Origin: Calditrichia bacterium
GTDB lineage: Bacteria > Calditrichota > Calditrichia > RBG-13-44-9
Reading direction: 5' to 3'
DNA: 14,508 bases
Assembly: GCA_037381445.1 (NCBI GenBank)
Contig: JARRQT010000127.1
Span: 1-14,508 of the forward strand
Part shown: positions 1-8,434 of the stretch, in pieces
How the letters are laid out: each line of letters starts with the position of its first letter
Numbering within the stretch: the first letter of the stretch is position 1
Notes under the pieces: model-generated
What the model saw: the letters and a program-made list of their open reading frames with translations, nothing else
What the model was told of the DNA's origin: nothing
The model's database searches: none
Position numbers and translations under genes: made by a program

Positions 1-60
1 CCCCGAATTACATGCCATAATGGAAAGTGCGCCTCGACTTTCTAACGGACTTACCTGCAT
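1..60 (-). CDS. 5' end (20 codons, runs off the window edge) of a probable ribose-phosphate pyrophosphokinase
   Basis: Not in the ORF track. The minus strand reads GAGGAG-N13-ATG (ATG at 60..58), then MQVSPLESRGALSIMACNSG, open to the edge. The 'RG.L.I.AC.SG' pattern resembles N-termini of some PRPP synthetases (recalled resemblance). It is co-oriented downstream of suhB. Confidence 0.5.
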   Translation of the reverse strand, partial: MQVSPLESRGALSIMACNSG

Positions 61-110
61 TTTTTATTCTCTGCTCCTCTGCTTAAACATCTTGACATCT
101 CAATATGCTT

Positions 111-904
111 TTATCTTTGGGTGCGATTTTCTGTCGCTAGGGTCTTTCTTGCGGCAAAATGATGGGGAAGTATTTCCAGAAGTTTTGAATGAACCGGTTG
201 CGGTCCCGCGATGATAAATCCGGTGTTCAGATACCCGTCTTCTCCCCAGAAATCGGAGACAATCCCGCCTGCTTCCCGGACCATGAGCGAGCCTGCGGCA
301 ATATCCCAGATGCTCAGACCCAATTCCCAGAAACCGTCAAAGCGGCCTTTGGCGGTATAGGCCAGATCGAGCGCCGCTGAACCTAAACGCCGCATACCGC
401 TGCATCCCAGAAAAATTTCTTCAAACGCCAGCAGGTAAAGAGGCAGGTAGTCCTTGGAACGAAAAGGGAATCCGGTAGCGATCAGGGACGCTTTCAGATT
501 TCTGCTGCCCACGTGCATCTGCTCACCGTTGCAGAATGCGCCGCTTCCTTTTTCGGCGGTAAAAAGCTCATCCCGCACGGGATCGTAAATCACACCCGCG
601 ACCAATTCCTTTTTCTTCTGCAAAGCGATGGAAACGCAGAAAACCGGCACATCCTGTATGTAGTTTTTGGTCCCGTCGAGCGGATCGATTATCCAGCGAT
701 AATCGGCGTCCGAATCGTTTGCGGTTCCTTCCTCCGCCAGGATTCTGTGATCCGGGAAATTTTCCAGCAGCAATTCGACAAGGTGACAAAATCATTCCGC
801 GCTTTTTCATCGATATTTTCGGGCTTTATTTTGCCGCGATTTTCCAAAAGGTATTTGCCTGCCTTCTTTGCAGCTTCCCGGGCAACTTCAACGTATCCTG
901 CCAT
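111..904 (-). pseudogene. suhB: Inositol monophosphatase family protein (SuhB), disrupted by a frameshifting deletion at about 780
   Basis: ORF 689..904 gives the IMPase N-terminus (VAREAAKKAG...KARNDFVT). ORF 111..773 gives the remainder (FPDHRILAEE, WIIDPLDGTKNY, ATGFP, RRLGSAALDL, WDIAAG). The conserved xVDxxxExxI helix between them is absent in all frames. Confidence 0.9.
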
Positions 905-928
905 TTTCTATTCCACTCTCAATTCTTT

Positions 929-949
929 ATAAAATCCCACCGTGGGATT
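929..949 (-). terminator. Small hairpin directly after the PMM/PGM stop codon (weak terminator or mRNA-stabilising stem)
   Basis: AATCCCA-CCG-TGGGATT, a 7-bp stem at 933..949, with only a short U-rich tail on the minus strand. Confidence 0.35.
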
Positions 950-2317
950 CTAAATTTTGATATCTCCGAATTCCCTTAATTTGTCAATTACCAAATTTTT
1001 GATTTCTTCCAGCCTCTCGCCGGTCTTTGCCTCAAAACGGAGCACCAGCACAGGCTGCGTGTTGGAAGCGCGCACCAATCCCCAGCCATCACCAAACAAG
1101 ATACGAACTCCGTCCACGTCGATGACTTCATAGTTCTCCCGGAAATATTCCGCCGCCTTTTGGGCAATGCGGAATTTTTCTTCATCTGAGGGACATTCCA
1201 CTCTTATTTCGGGAGTGGTAAAATACCGGGGCACATCGGACAGCAGTTCGGATATTTTTTTGCCTTCGCGGGAGAGCAGTTCCATCAGCCGGGCAGAGGC
1301 ATAGATGGCATCATCATATCCGTGATAGCGGTCCGCAAAGAAGAGATGCCCGCTCATTTCCCCGGCCATGGTAGCGCCCGTTTCCTTCATCTTCTTTTTC
1401 AGCAGGCTGTGCCCGGTTTTCCACATGATCGGTTCGCCGCCAGCCGCTTCGATCGCCTCGGGCAAGGCCTGTGAACATTTGACTTCGAAAATTATCTTCT
1501 GTCCCTTTTTTTCTTTTAATACATCCCGGGCAAACAGGATCAGCAGGCGATCGCCCCACACCACATTCCCCTGGTCATCAATAACCCCAATGCGGTCGGC
1601 ATCACCATCGTAGGCGATGCCCAGATCCGCCTGCAGCTTGAGCACCCTTTCGCGAAGAGGCTGCAGGTTTTCCTCGATTGTGGGATCCGGATGGTGGTTG
1701 GGGAAGGTGCCGTCTGGCTCACAGAACATGAAAAAGGCGTCCACGCCCAGTTCGCGCATCAGCTTTTCAGCAACCAGGGCGCCGGCGCCGTTCCCGCAAT
1801 CAATGACAGCCTTAATGCCGCCTTCCAGCTTAATCCTGCTTTTTATATCCTCAATATAATCGGGTGTCAGGTCTGCATTTTCGACGGTTCCTTCACCTGT
1901 CAGGAATTCATCTTTTTCGATGATTTCCAGCAGCTTTTGAATCTCTTCCCCGTAGATAGATGATTGGCCGACGGAGAGCTTGAATCCGTTGAATTCCGGC
2001 GGATTGTGACTGCCGGTAATCATGACCCCACCGGCCACATTCAGCGTGTAGAGTGAAAAATACTGAATGGGAGTCGGAACCACGCCCACATCCACCACAT
2101 CCACCCCTGACGTTGTTAATCCTTTTATGAGTGCTTTTCTGAAGCGTTCGGTCGAAAGACGGACATCTCCCCCAACGGACACTTTCTTCCCGCCCTGCCG
2201 CTGAACATAGGTCCCGAATGACTTTCCGAGCAGTTCCACAACTTCATCGGTCAGATCTTTGTCAACAATACCCCGCACGTCGTATTCGCGAAATATAAAG
2301 GGATTAACTTTTGCCAT
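950..2317 (-). CDS. Phosphomannomutase/phosphoglucomutase (AlgC/ManB-like)
   Basis: 455 aa, intact. Motifs: FREYDVRG, TGSHNP (phosphoserine), DGDADR (metal loop), GEMSGH (sugar loop), VRASNT (phosphate binding). GGAG RBS upstream. Confidence 0.97.
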   Translation of the reverse strand: MAKVNPFIFREYDVRGIVDKDLTDEVVELLGKSFGTYVQRQGGKKVSVGGDVRLSTERFRKALIKGLTTSGVDVVDVGVVPTPIQYFSLYTLNVAGGVMITGSHNPPEFNGFKLSVGQSSIYGEEIQKLLEIIEKDEFLTGEGTVENADLTPDYIEDIKSRIKLEGGIKAVIDCGNGAGALVAEKLMRELGVDAFFMFCEPDGTFPNHHPDPTIEENLQPLRERVLKLQADLGIAYDGDADRIGVIDDQGNVVWGDRLLILFARDVLKEKKGQKIIFEVKCSQALPEAIEAAGGEPIMWKTGHSLLKKKMKETGATMAGEMSGHLFFADRYHGYDDAIYASARLMELLSREGKKISELLSDVPRYFTTPEIRVECPSDEEKFRIAQKAAEYFRENYEVIDVDGVRILFGDGWGLVRASNTQPVLVLRFEAKTGERLEEIKNLVIDKLREFGDIKI

Positions 2318-2671
2318 TTAAACTCTCCATGTTTGTTCAACTTCGCAACGATTCTTGAGTCCCAAATTTATCACTATTCATTCTTTATTCCAAACTCTTT
2401 ATATGGGTGGGAAGGTTCCATCGGGGTCCAAAAATTTTCGTTCATTTTGGAATAAATGAAACCCTCAGCAGCCAATTTCAATGGCTTGCAAAGCGGCATT
2501 GTTCGTGAAAACCAAGGATTATCTGCCTGTTTGAACTGTTTTAAATGAATAATCTCATACGTAGTGTCAACAGCAATCCAGTCAAATACTCTCTGCAATT
2601 TTCGAACAATGGATTACAATTAGCTATTCTCAGGGAAAATCATTTTTTTGTTTGAATAAATTTATTTCATT

Positions 2672-2698
2672 TGCAACTTTTTTAAAACCGGCTTCGTT
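2672..2698 (+). promoter_or_regulatory. Putative ECF sigma promoter for tldD-tldE
   Basis: TGCAAC-N17-CGTT with an AT-rich tract just upstream. It matches the general ECF AAC...CGT consensus. Confidence 0.5.
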
Positions 2699-2769
2699 AA
2701 GTGGAACCTGTTTTAGGAACTTTTTCTCAAGAAATTTTTGCCAGTCATAAATCAAAGAGGAGTGTAGAA

Positions 2770-4311
2770 ATGCCCAAAATGAACCGAAGAGATTTTCTTG
2801 AAACAAGTGCCAAAGGTGTCGCGCTGTTCAGCTTGCCTTTTTTCCTGAACGGCCTGCCCTCCAAGGCACTGGCTGAAGCGGCACCAGCCGATCTGAAGCT
2901 GAACGATTATCTGAATCATTTCGGCGTTGATGAATCCATGATTCACAAAATCATGATGACCGCCCTGGAAGGCGGCGGCGATTATTGCGATGTGTATTTC
3001 CAGAACAAGATTTCCAGTTATGTTGTCCTGGAGGACAAGGCGGTGAACCGTGCCTATACTTCCGTTGATCTGGGTGTCGGGATCCGGGTGCTGAAAGGCG
3101 ACCAAACCGGATATTCGTTTACCGAGGATTTAAGTCCCCAGGCGATGCTGGGCGCTGCCAAAACCGCAGCCAACATTGCCAGCAGCGGCAAAACCATACC
3201 GCCGGTGAATTTTTCGGCGGGAAAGACCGCCAATCTTTATCCTGTGAAAGTTTCATGGGAGGATGTGAAGATAGACAAGAAAATCCCCCATCTTGAAAAA
3301 ATAAATGACCTGGTTTTTGCGAAAGACAAACGCGTCATTAAGGTAAATGTTTTTCTGCTGGATGAGAGCTCCTATCTCCTCATGGCCAATTCGGAAGGCA
3401 AAATCGTTTTCGATTTCCAGCCCATGGGAATGTTGAGAACACGCTGCACCGCAGAGCAGAACGGCCGCAAAGAGATGAACGGCGCTACCATTTCCGGGCG
3501 CTACGGATTTGATTACCTGACGCCTGAACGCATAGAAAACCACGCCCGGGAAGCTGTAGACCGGACCATCCGGCAGTTTGAAGCGGTGAAACCGGAAGCA
3601 GGAGAAATGCCGGTGGTGCTGGCCGCGGGAAGTTCCGGCATCCTCCTGCACGAAGCCATGGGACATCCTATTGAGGCCGATTTTAACCGAAAAAATGCAT
3701 CAATATTTTCAGATAAAATCGGCAAGCCGGTCGCCGAGAAGTTTGTTTCCATCGTGGATGACGGGACCATGCCGGGAAGCCGGGGCGCCATTAATGTGGA
3801 TGATGAACTGAATGAGAGCAAAAAAACCGTGCTTATCGAAAACGGAACGTTGGTGAGTTACATGCACGACCGTATCAGCGCGAATTATTATAAAGTGCCG
3901 CCCACCGGCAACGGGCGTCGCGAGTCCTTCCGCTATCCCGCTATTCCGCGCATGCGCAATACCTATATGCTTCCCGGACCCCACAAAAAAGACGAAATCA
4001 TCAAGAGCGTTAAAGAAGGTCTGTATGCGGAATCCTTCACCAACGGCGAGGTCTACATCGGTGCCGGCGATTTTACCTTTTATGTGAAATCCGGTTACCT
4101 TATTGAAGACGGCAGATTGACCACTCCTGTAAAAGATATCAACATTATCGGGAACGGCCCGGATGTCCTCAGCAAGATCACCATGGTAGGGGACGATCTG
4201 GCATTTTCCGAAGAATCATGGACCTGCGGAAAGGACGGCCAGGGTGTGCCGGTTTCGCTGGGGCTTCCCACTGTGAAGGTTTCATCCATCACCGTGGGCG
4301 GTAAAAGCTGA
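2770..4311 (+). CDS. tldD: TldD family metalloprotease with a twin-arginine (Tat) signal peptide
   Basis: Start reassigned to ATG 2770 (AGAGGAG RBS at 2756..2762). N-terminus MPKMNRRDFL, a hydrophobic stretch, then ALA-E. Motifs: GVGIRV, LLHEAMGHPIEAD (HExxxH), TGNGRRES, PRMRNT, C-terminal CGKDGQGVPV. Confidence 0.96.
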   Translation: MPKMNRRDFLETSAKGVALFSLPFFLNGLPSKALAEAAPADLKLNDYLNHFGVDESMIHKIMMTALEGGGDYCDVYFQNKISSYVVLEDKAVNRAYTSVDLGVGIRVLKGDQTGYSFTEDLSPQAMLGAAKTAANIASSGKTIPPVNFSAGKTANLYPVKVSWEDVKIDKKIPHLEKINDLVFAKDKRVIKVNVFLLDESSYLLMANSEGKIVFDFQPMGMLRTRCTAEQNGRKEMNGATISGRYGFDYLTPERIENHAREAVDRTIRQFEAVKPEAGEMPVVLAAGSSGILLHEAMGHPIEADFNRKNASIFSDKIGKPVAEKFVSIVDDGTMPGSRGAINVDDELNESKKTVLIENGTLVSYMHDRISANYYKVPPTGNGRRESFRYPAIPRMRNTYMLPGPHKKDEIIKSVKEGLYAESFTNGEVYIGAGDFTFYVKSGYLIEDGRLTTPVKDINIIGNGPDVLSKITMVGDDLAFSEESWTCGKDGQGVPVSLGLPTVKVSSITVGGKS

Positions 4312-4376
4312 CGGCGGGAGAAGCATTCGTTTGATTAAAAATTCAGTCAAATATTGAAAAGATGAGGTCAAAGAAT

Positions 4377-5658
4377 ATGAATAATAAAGAACGACATGAG
4401 TTAGCAGCCTGGGCAGTGGGGCAGGCCAAAAAAAGCGGTGCCGGCGATGCGGCGGTGAATATCTCAAGACAGCGGCGGATACAGATTCAGTACCGGGATC
4501 AGAAAGTGGAGCAACTGCAGGAATCGACTCAGAATAGTCTGAGCCTGCGGATTTTTGCCAATCATCGCTATTCCAGCCACACGACCAACGATCTGCGAAA
4601 GAGTGAATTGCAGAAATTCATTGAAAATGCGGTGGCCATGACCAAATACCTGTCGGAAGATCCCTACCGTTCTCTCCCGGAACGGAAATACTTTGAGGGC
4701 ATCAAGGAAGTTGATCTGAATCTTGTGGACCCGGACTACGACAACATCTCTTCCGCCCGCAAAAAAGAGCTGACCCGGAAGCTGGACGAACTGACCCGCA
4801 GGCAGAGCGATAAGATTATCACATCCAGCTCCTCCTACTGGGATGTGCATGGTCATTCGGTCAAACACTGGAGTAACGGATTCAAGAGCGAATCCGAGGG
4901 AACCGTGTACGGTATCAACTCTGAAGTTACCGTAAAAGACGGCGAAAAAGGTCGTCCGGAAGGCTCGTTTTCAGCCCGGTCCAGGTTTTTAAATGATATG
5001 CCCGATCCGGAAATTGTGGCGCAAAAGGCAGTCGGGAATTTACGAGATGGTGGTGCGCAATCGCCTGGCGGGACAGTTGGTAGGTGTACTCTATGACGCC
5101 ATGAGCGGAAATGCGCTTCAGCAAAAAAGTTCATTTCTGGAGAATAAATTGAATCAGCAAATTACTTCCCCGGTATTAACATTGATTGACGATCCTTTTG
5201 TGAAGAGTGGATACGGTTCGCGCCTGTATGATGATGATGGACTGGCTGCCAAACGGCGGGTAATGATTGATAAGGGGATTCTGAAAGATTATTATATTGA
5301 TTATTATTACAGCAAAAAACTGGAAACCAAACCCACCACCGGGGACAGCTCTAACCTTGTCTTCGAGCTTGGGAAGGAGTCCGAGGCAGAGCTGGTGAAG
5401 AAACTGCAGAAGGGCATACTGGTGACCAATTTCATCGGCGGGAACTCCGATGTGGTTACCGGCGATTTCTCCTTTGGTATTACCGGGCTGTATGTGGAAG
5501 ACGGCAAAATTGTGAAGCCCGTGAATGAAATGAATATTTCCGGCAATATGAAAGATCTGATGATGCAGTTGGTTGCGGTTGGGAACGACCCGAACCCTTA
5601 TTCTTCCTGGCAATGCCCCAGCATGTATTTCAAAGACGTGCAATTTAGCGGCTTATAG
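4377..5658 (+). pseudogene. pmbA: TldE/PmbA family protein, disrupted by a frameshifting deletion at about 5030
   Basis: Start ATG 4377 (GAGGT RBS). The first frame is PmbA-like up to PDPEIVAQKAV. The second frame is PmbA-like from SGIYEMVV (KSSFL, LIDDP, SRLYDDDG, TGDFSFG, PVNEMNISGN). The expected linker of about 12-13 aa is missing. Confidence 0.9.
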
Positions 5659-5670
5659 TAACCGTCAACA

Positions 5671-5714
5671 GCAGCGGCGGTCCAAATTCAGAGATCTCGA
5701 TGGGCCGCCGTTGC
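5671..5714 (+). terminator. GC-rich hairpin 12 nt after the tldE stop codon
   Basis: GCAGCGGCGGTCCA / TGGGCCGCCGTTGC, 14 bp including two G-U pairs, with a 16-nt loop and no U-tract. Confidence 0.5.
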
Positions 5715-5912
5715 GACGATGAGCAGCACCAGGCATGGAATGTTTCCCGCCGGGTAGGTATAGGGACGTGAATTTATCCGGAGAGTTGGCCTCCATCCTG
5801 AAAATTAAATCCAAAAACAATTTTTCGGGAAGAATGCCGAATTCAGAAATAGGGAATTTGAGAATCTGAATCCGCGACTATGACAGAAATTTGAGGGGAG
5901 TGGATTCATCAA

Positions 5913-5946
5913 AGGAATGAACGGAGAAGATACTCCGTTCATTCCT
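5913..5946. repeat. Perfect 14-bp inverted repeat in the intergenic region
   Basis: AGGAATGAACGGAG-AAGATA-CTCCGTTCATTCCT. Confidence 0.9.
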
Positions 5947-6038
5947 GAAGCGGATTATTGATTTGTTGAGGTGTCATGGTAATTACTGTTTTTTCTGATA
6001 TGTGACTGGAAATTTTATGTTGTTGAAAGGATTGTTTA

Positions 6039-8288
6039 ATGAATACGAGTAGATATTTTGTTGTCGCGCTGATGTCAGCGACCCTGATTTCGCTTGAAAT
6101 TGTGTGGACCCGCCTGTTTTCCGCGGAATTTTTTTACACCTTTGCCTTCCTCACCATCTCGCTGGCCATTCTCGGCCTGGGACTGGGGGCGCTGGCTTTG
6201 CATCTTTTTCCGTTTTTTAACCGCAGAGGTGCCATCGGCATTCTGCTGAGCATCTCTGCCGCGCTTGCGCTGGCGGGGCCGCCCGTCGTTTTTTACATCG
6301 GGCTGAATTTTACGCAGTTATTCAGCAGCTGGGCGGCGGTGGGAAAATTTGTTCTCACCATCGCGTTGCTGGGCGCTCCATTTTTCCTGGCGGGAATCGC
6401 ATTGGCCCGGCTCTTCAAAGAGAATCATCAAAACATGCCGCGCCTGTATATGGCTGACCTTCTGGGCGCCGGGCTGGGGGTGCTGGTTGCCATCTTCTTT
6501 ATGAATCAGTGGGGCACACCTCTGGCCACAGCGCTCATCTGCCTGCCCCTGCTTATGGCGGCCTTCATCGCGGCCAGACGAACCGCCCGGCTGCTGCCTG
6601 TTCTGGTGATTATTCTGCTGGTATTCGTGGGTTATAAATCCGATTCTTTTATTGACATGCCCCGGGAAGAGCGGGCCCCGGTTATTTATAAACACAGGGA
6701 TGCCATGGCTAAGATCAAAATCTATGATTATGGTGAAGAGGCGCGCGGTATCAACATTGATAATGCCGCAAATTCTCCCGTTTATGCTTTCGATGGCAAC
6801 TGGGACCGTCCCGATTCCATGAAATTCGGGTTCGGCATCAATGTGGACTATCTGGTTCAGCAGCATAATCCCTGCACCTTCATGTCGCTGGGCGCTGGCG
6901 GGGGAACGGATGTGCTGCAGGCCCTGCAGGAAGGCGCTTCGGAAATTCATGCGGTGGAAGTAAATCCCCATATCAACTGGCTGATGACAAAAGGAAACCT
7001 GGCGAATTTTTCAGGCAACATTTACAACGACTCCCGGGTCAGGGTGATCACCGAAGATGCCCGCGCCTATGTCAGGAGGTTTAATAATAAATTTGACGTG
7101 ATTTATTCATTAAGCTCAAATACTTTTGCGGCCTTGGCCTCCGGCTCCTTTGCGCTGGCGGAAAATTACCTTTTCACAAAAGAGGCCTTTGAAGATTATT
7201 ATGATGCCCTCACCGAACACGGATTTCTTTCCATGGAGCATCAGTTCTATATGCCGCGCATCGCCAGCGAAGCGCTTCAGGCGCTGCGGGAAAAAGGCGT
7301 GAAAAATCCAGAAGAACACATTGCCATTTACGATTTGCCCCGGATGCGCCGGAACCTACTGCTGCTGAGCAAAGCCCCTCTCACCGAAGAAATCCGGCAG
7401 AACGCTTACGGCAAGCTGACTCCGGAAAATTACGGTGAGATTCATCTGCTTTATCCTGCCCCGGATTCCACCGCAGATAACCTCATCAACCGGATTGTCA
7501 CGCAGGGATGGGAAAATGTAGCCGCCGATGCCAAAATCGATATTTCGCCCACCGATGATAACCGTCCCTTTACCGCCCAGCTGGGCCTCTGGAAAAATCT
7601 GGATTTTTCCAATATGAAAAAGGTGCTGCCCTATGAATTTTTCGGTTTTCCGCTTTCCAAGCTGATCATTACCATTATTATGCTAATTATTGCTGTCCTG
7701 ATCCTGCCGCTGAATCTTCTGCCCTACCTGACAAAAGGCAAAAAACTGCGGATGGCTCCCTGGCTTTATTTCTTTGCCATCGGGGTGGGATTTATGGTGG
7801 TGGAAGTGGTTCTGATTCAGAAGTATACGCTTTTCATCGGGCCGTCCTCTTACAGCTTTGTCACCATTCTGCTGACGCTCCTGTTAAGCTCCGGAATCGG
7901 GAGCCGGTTCGCGGACAAGTTCAGGAATAAAACGCCGTTTATTGGAATCCTGATCTGGCTGGCATTTGAAATTCTGCTGTTCCCCCGACTGACCTACGCG
8001 CTCTCGGGTCTGGAAATGGTGCCGAGAATGGCGGTTACCCTGCTCATGATATTCCCCCTCGGTTTCTTCATGGGAATGCCTTTCCCGAAAGGCGCTCAGA
8101 AGGTAAGAGAGCTCATCGACTGGGGATTCGCCGTAAATGGCGCTGCGTCGGTGCTGGGTTCTGCGGCCATTCTGCTGGTCTCTTTCAATTATGGATTCAA
8201 TATCGCCCTCATGCTGGGAGGTTTGATTTATTTGCTTGCCTTCGCCCTGATCAGACTGCAGAAAGCCTGGGAATTGACGAAGGAATAA
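6039..8288 (+). CDS. Polytopic membrane protein with a central class I SAM-dependent (spermidine synthase-like) domain
   Basis: 749 aa: about 7 TM helices, a soluble domain, then about 7 TM helices. Motifs: LYMADLLGAGLG, SLGAGGGTDV, HAVEVNP, TEDARAYV, FDVI, PTDDNRPF, GFFMGMPFP, FAVNGAASVLGS. Confidence 0.88.
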   Translation: MNTSRYFVVALMSATLISLEIVWTRLFSAEFFYTFAFLTISLAILGLGLGALALHLFPFFNRRGAIGILLSISAALALAGPPVVFYIGLNFTQLFSSWAAVGKFVLTIALLGAPFFLAGIALARLFKENHQNMPRLYMADLLGAGLGVLVAIFFMNQWGTPLATALICLPLLMAAFIAARRTARLLPVLVIILLVFVGYKSDSFIDMPREERAPVIYKHRDAMAKIKIYDYGEEARGINIDNAANSPVYAFDGNWDRPDSMKFGFGINVDYLVQQHNPCTFMSLGAGGGTDVLQALQEGASEIHAVEVNPHINWLMTKGNLANFSGNIYNDSRVRVITEDARAYVRRFNNKFDVIYSLSSNTFAALASGSFALAENYLFTKEAFEDYYDALTEHGFLSMEHQFYMPRIASEALQALREKGVKNPEEHIAIYDLPRMRRNLLLLSKAPLTEEIRQNAYGKLTPENYGEIHLLYPAPDSTADNLINRIVTQGWENVAADAKIDISPTDDNRPFTAQLGLWKNLDFSNMKKVLPYEFFGFPLSKLIITIIMLIIAVLILPLNLLPYLTKGKKLRMAPWLYFFAIGVGFMVVEVVLIQKYTLFIGPSSYSFVTILLTLLLSSGIGSRFADKFRNKTPFIGILIWLAFEILLFPRLTYALSGLEMVPRMAVTLLMIFPLGFFMGMPFPKGAQKVRELIDWGFAVNGAASVLGSAAILLVSFNYGFNIALMLGGLIYLLAFALIRLQKAWELTKE

Positions 8289-8293
8289 AACTG

Positions 8294-8332
8294 ATCCCCC
8301 TGTTTTGGCTGCGCGGAACAGGGGGATTTTTT
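8294..8332 (+). terminator. Rho-independent terminator
   Basis: ATCCCCCTGTT / AACAGGGGGAT stem followed by a T run, 5 nt after the stop codon. Confidence 0.88.
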
Positions 8333-8356
8333 ATCCTGCCAGCCTCAAGGATAGTA

Positions 8357-8385
8357 TTGGCGGCGGACCTTTTTATTATTACATT
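8357..8385 (+). promoter_or_regulatory. Possible sigma70-type promoter for the MFS gene
   Basis: TTGGCG-N17-TACATT, located between the terminator and the MFS start. Confidence 0.35.
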
Positions 8386-8434
8386 TCAGGAAATTTTTTG
8401 GTTCGATAACTCACTTCATACAGGCTGGCGATTG

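Noticed and set aside
211..224. Exact 14-bp repeat ATGATAAATCCGGT, also at 10921..10934 beside the DPP III breakpoint
   Set aside because: Both copies encode TGFI(I). A 14-mer match is expected by chance at order-one frequency in 14.5 kb, and the flanks show no exchange.
2374..2598. 74-aa ORF in the divergent promoter region
   Set aside because: Non-ATG start, no recognisable motifs, and it lies in AT-rich regulatory DNA.
2655..2666. Palindrome AATAAATTTATT as an operator
   Set aside because: It is pure A/T within an AT-rich tract, so it has low information content and is more likely an UP element.
5021..5043. Programmed ribosomal frameshift in tldE (GCAAAAG or GGGAATTTAC)
   Set aside because: There is no canonical slippery heptamer, and about 12-13 conserved residues are missing, which recoding cannot supply.
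5774..5800. TTATCCGGAGAG resembles the 5' start of a SAM-I riboswitch, upstream of a SAM-domain gene
   Set aside because: The kink-turn/P2, GCAACC, GTGC and closing GAT elements are not present.
5659..6038. RiPP precursor peptide for a TldD/E, methyltransferase and MFS cluster
   Set aside because: Only tiny ORFs (about 11-23 aa) are present, without convincing RBS or leader/core features. There is no YcaO, radical SAM or RRE enzyme, and terminators separate the genes.
6696..6698. AGG (Arg) in YKHRDAM, where I recall Trp in homologues
   Set aside because: This rests on memory of the family only and cannot be verified without an alignment.
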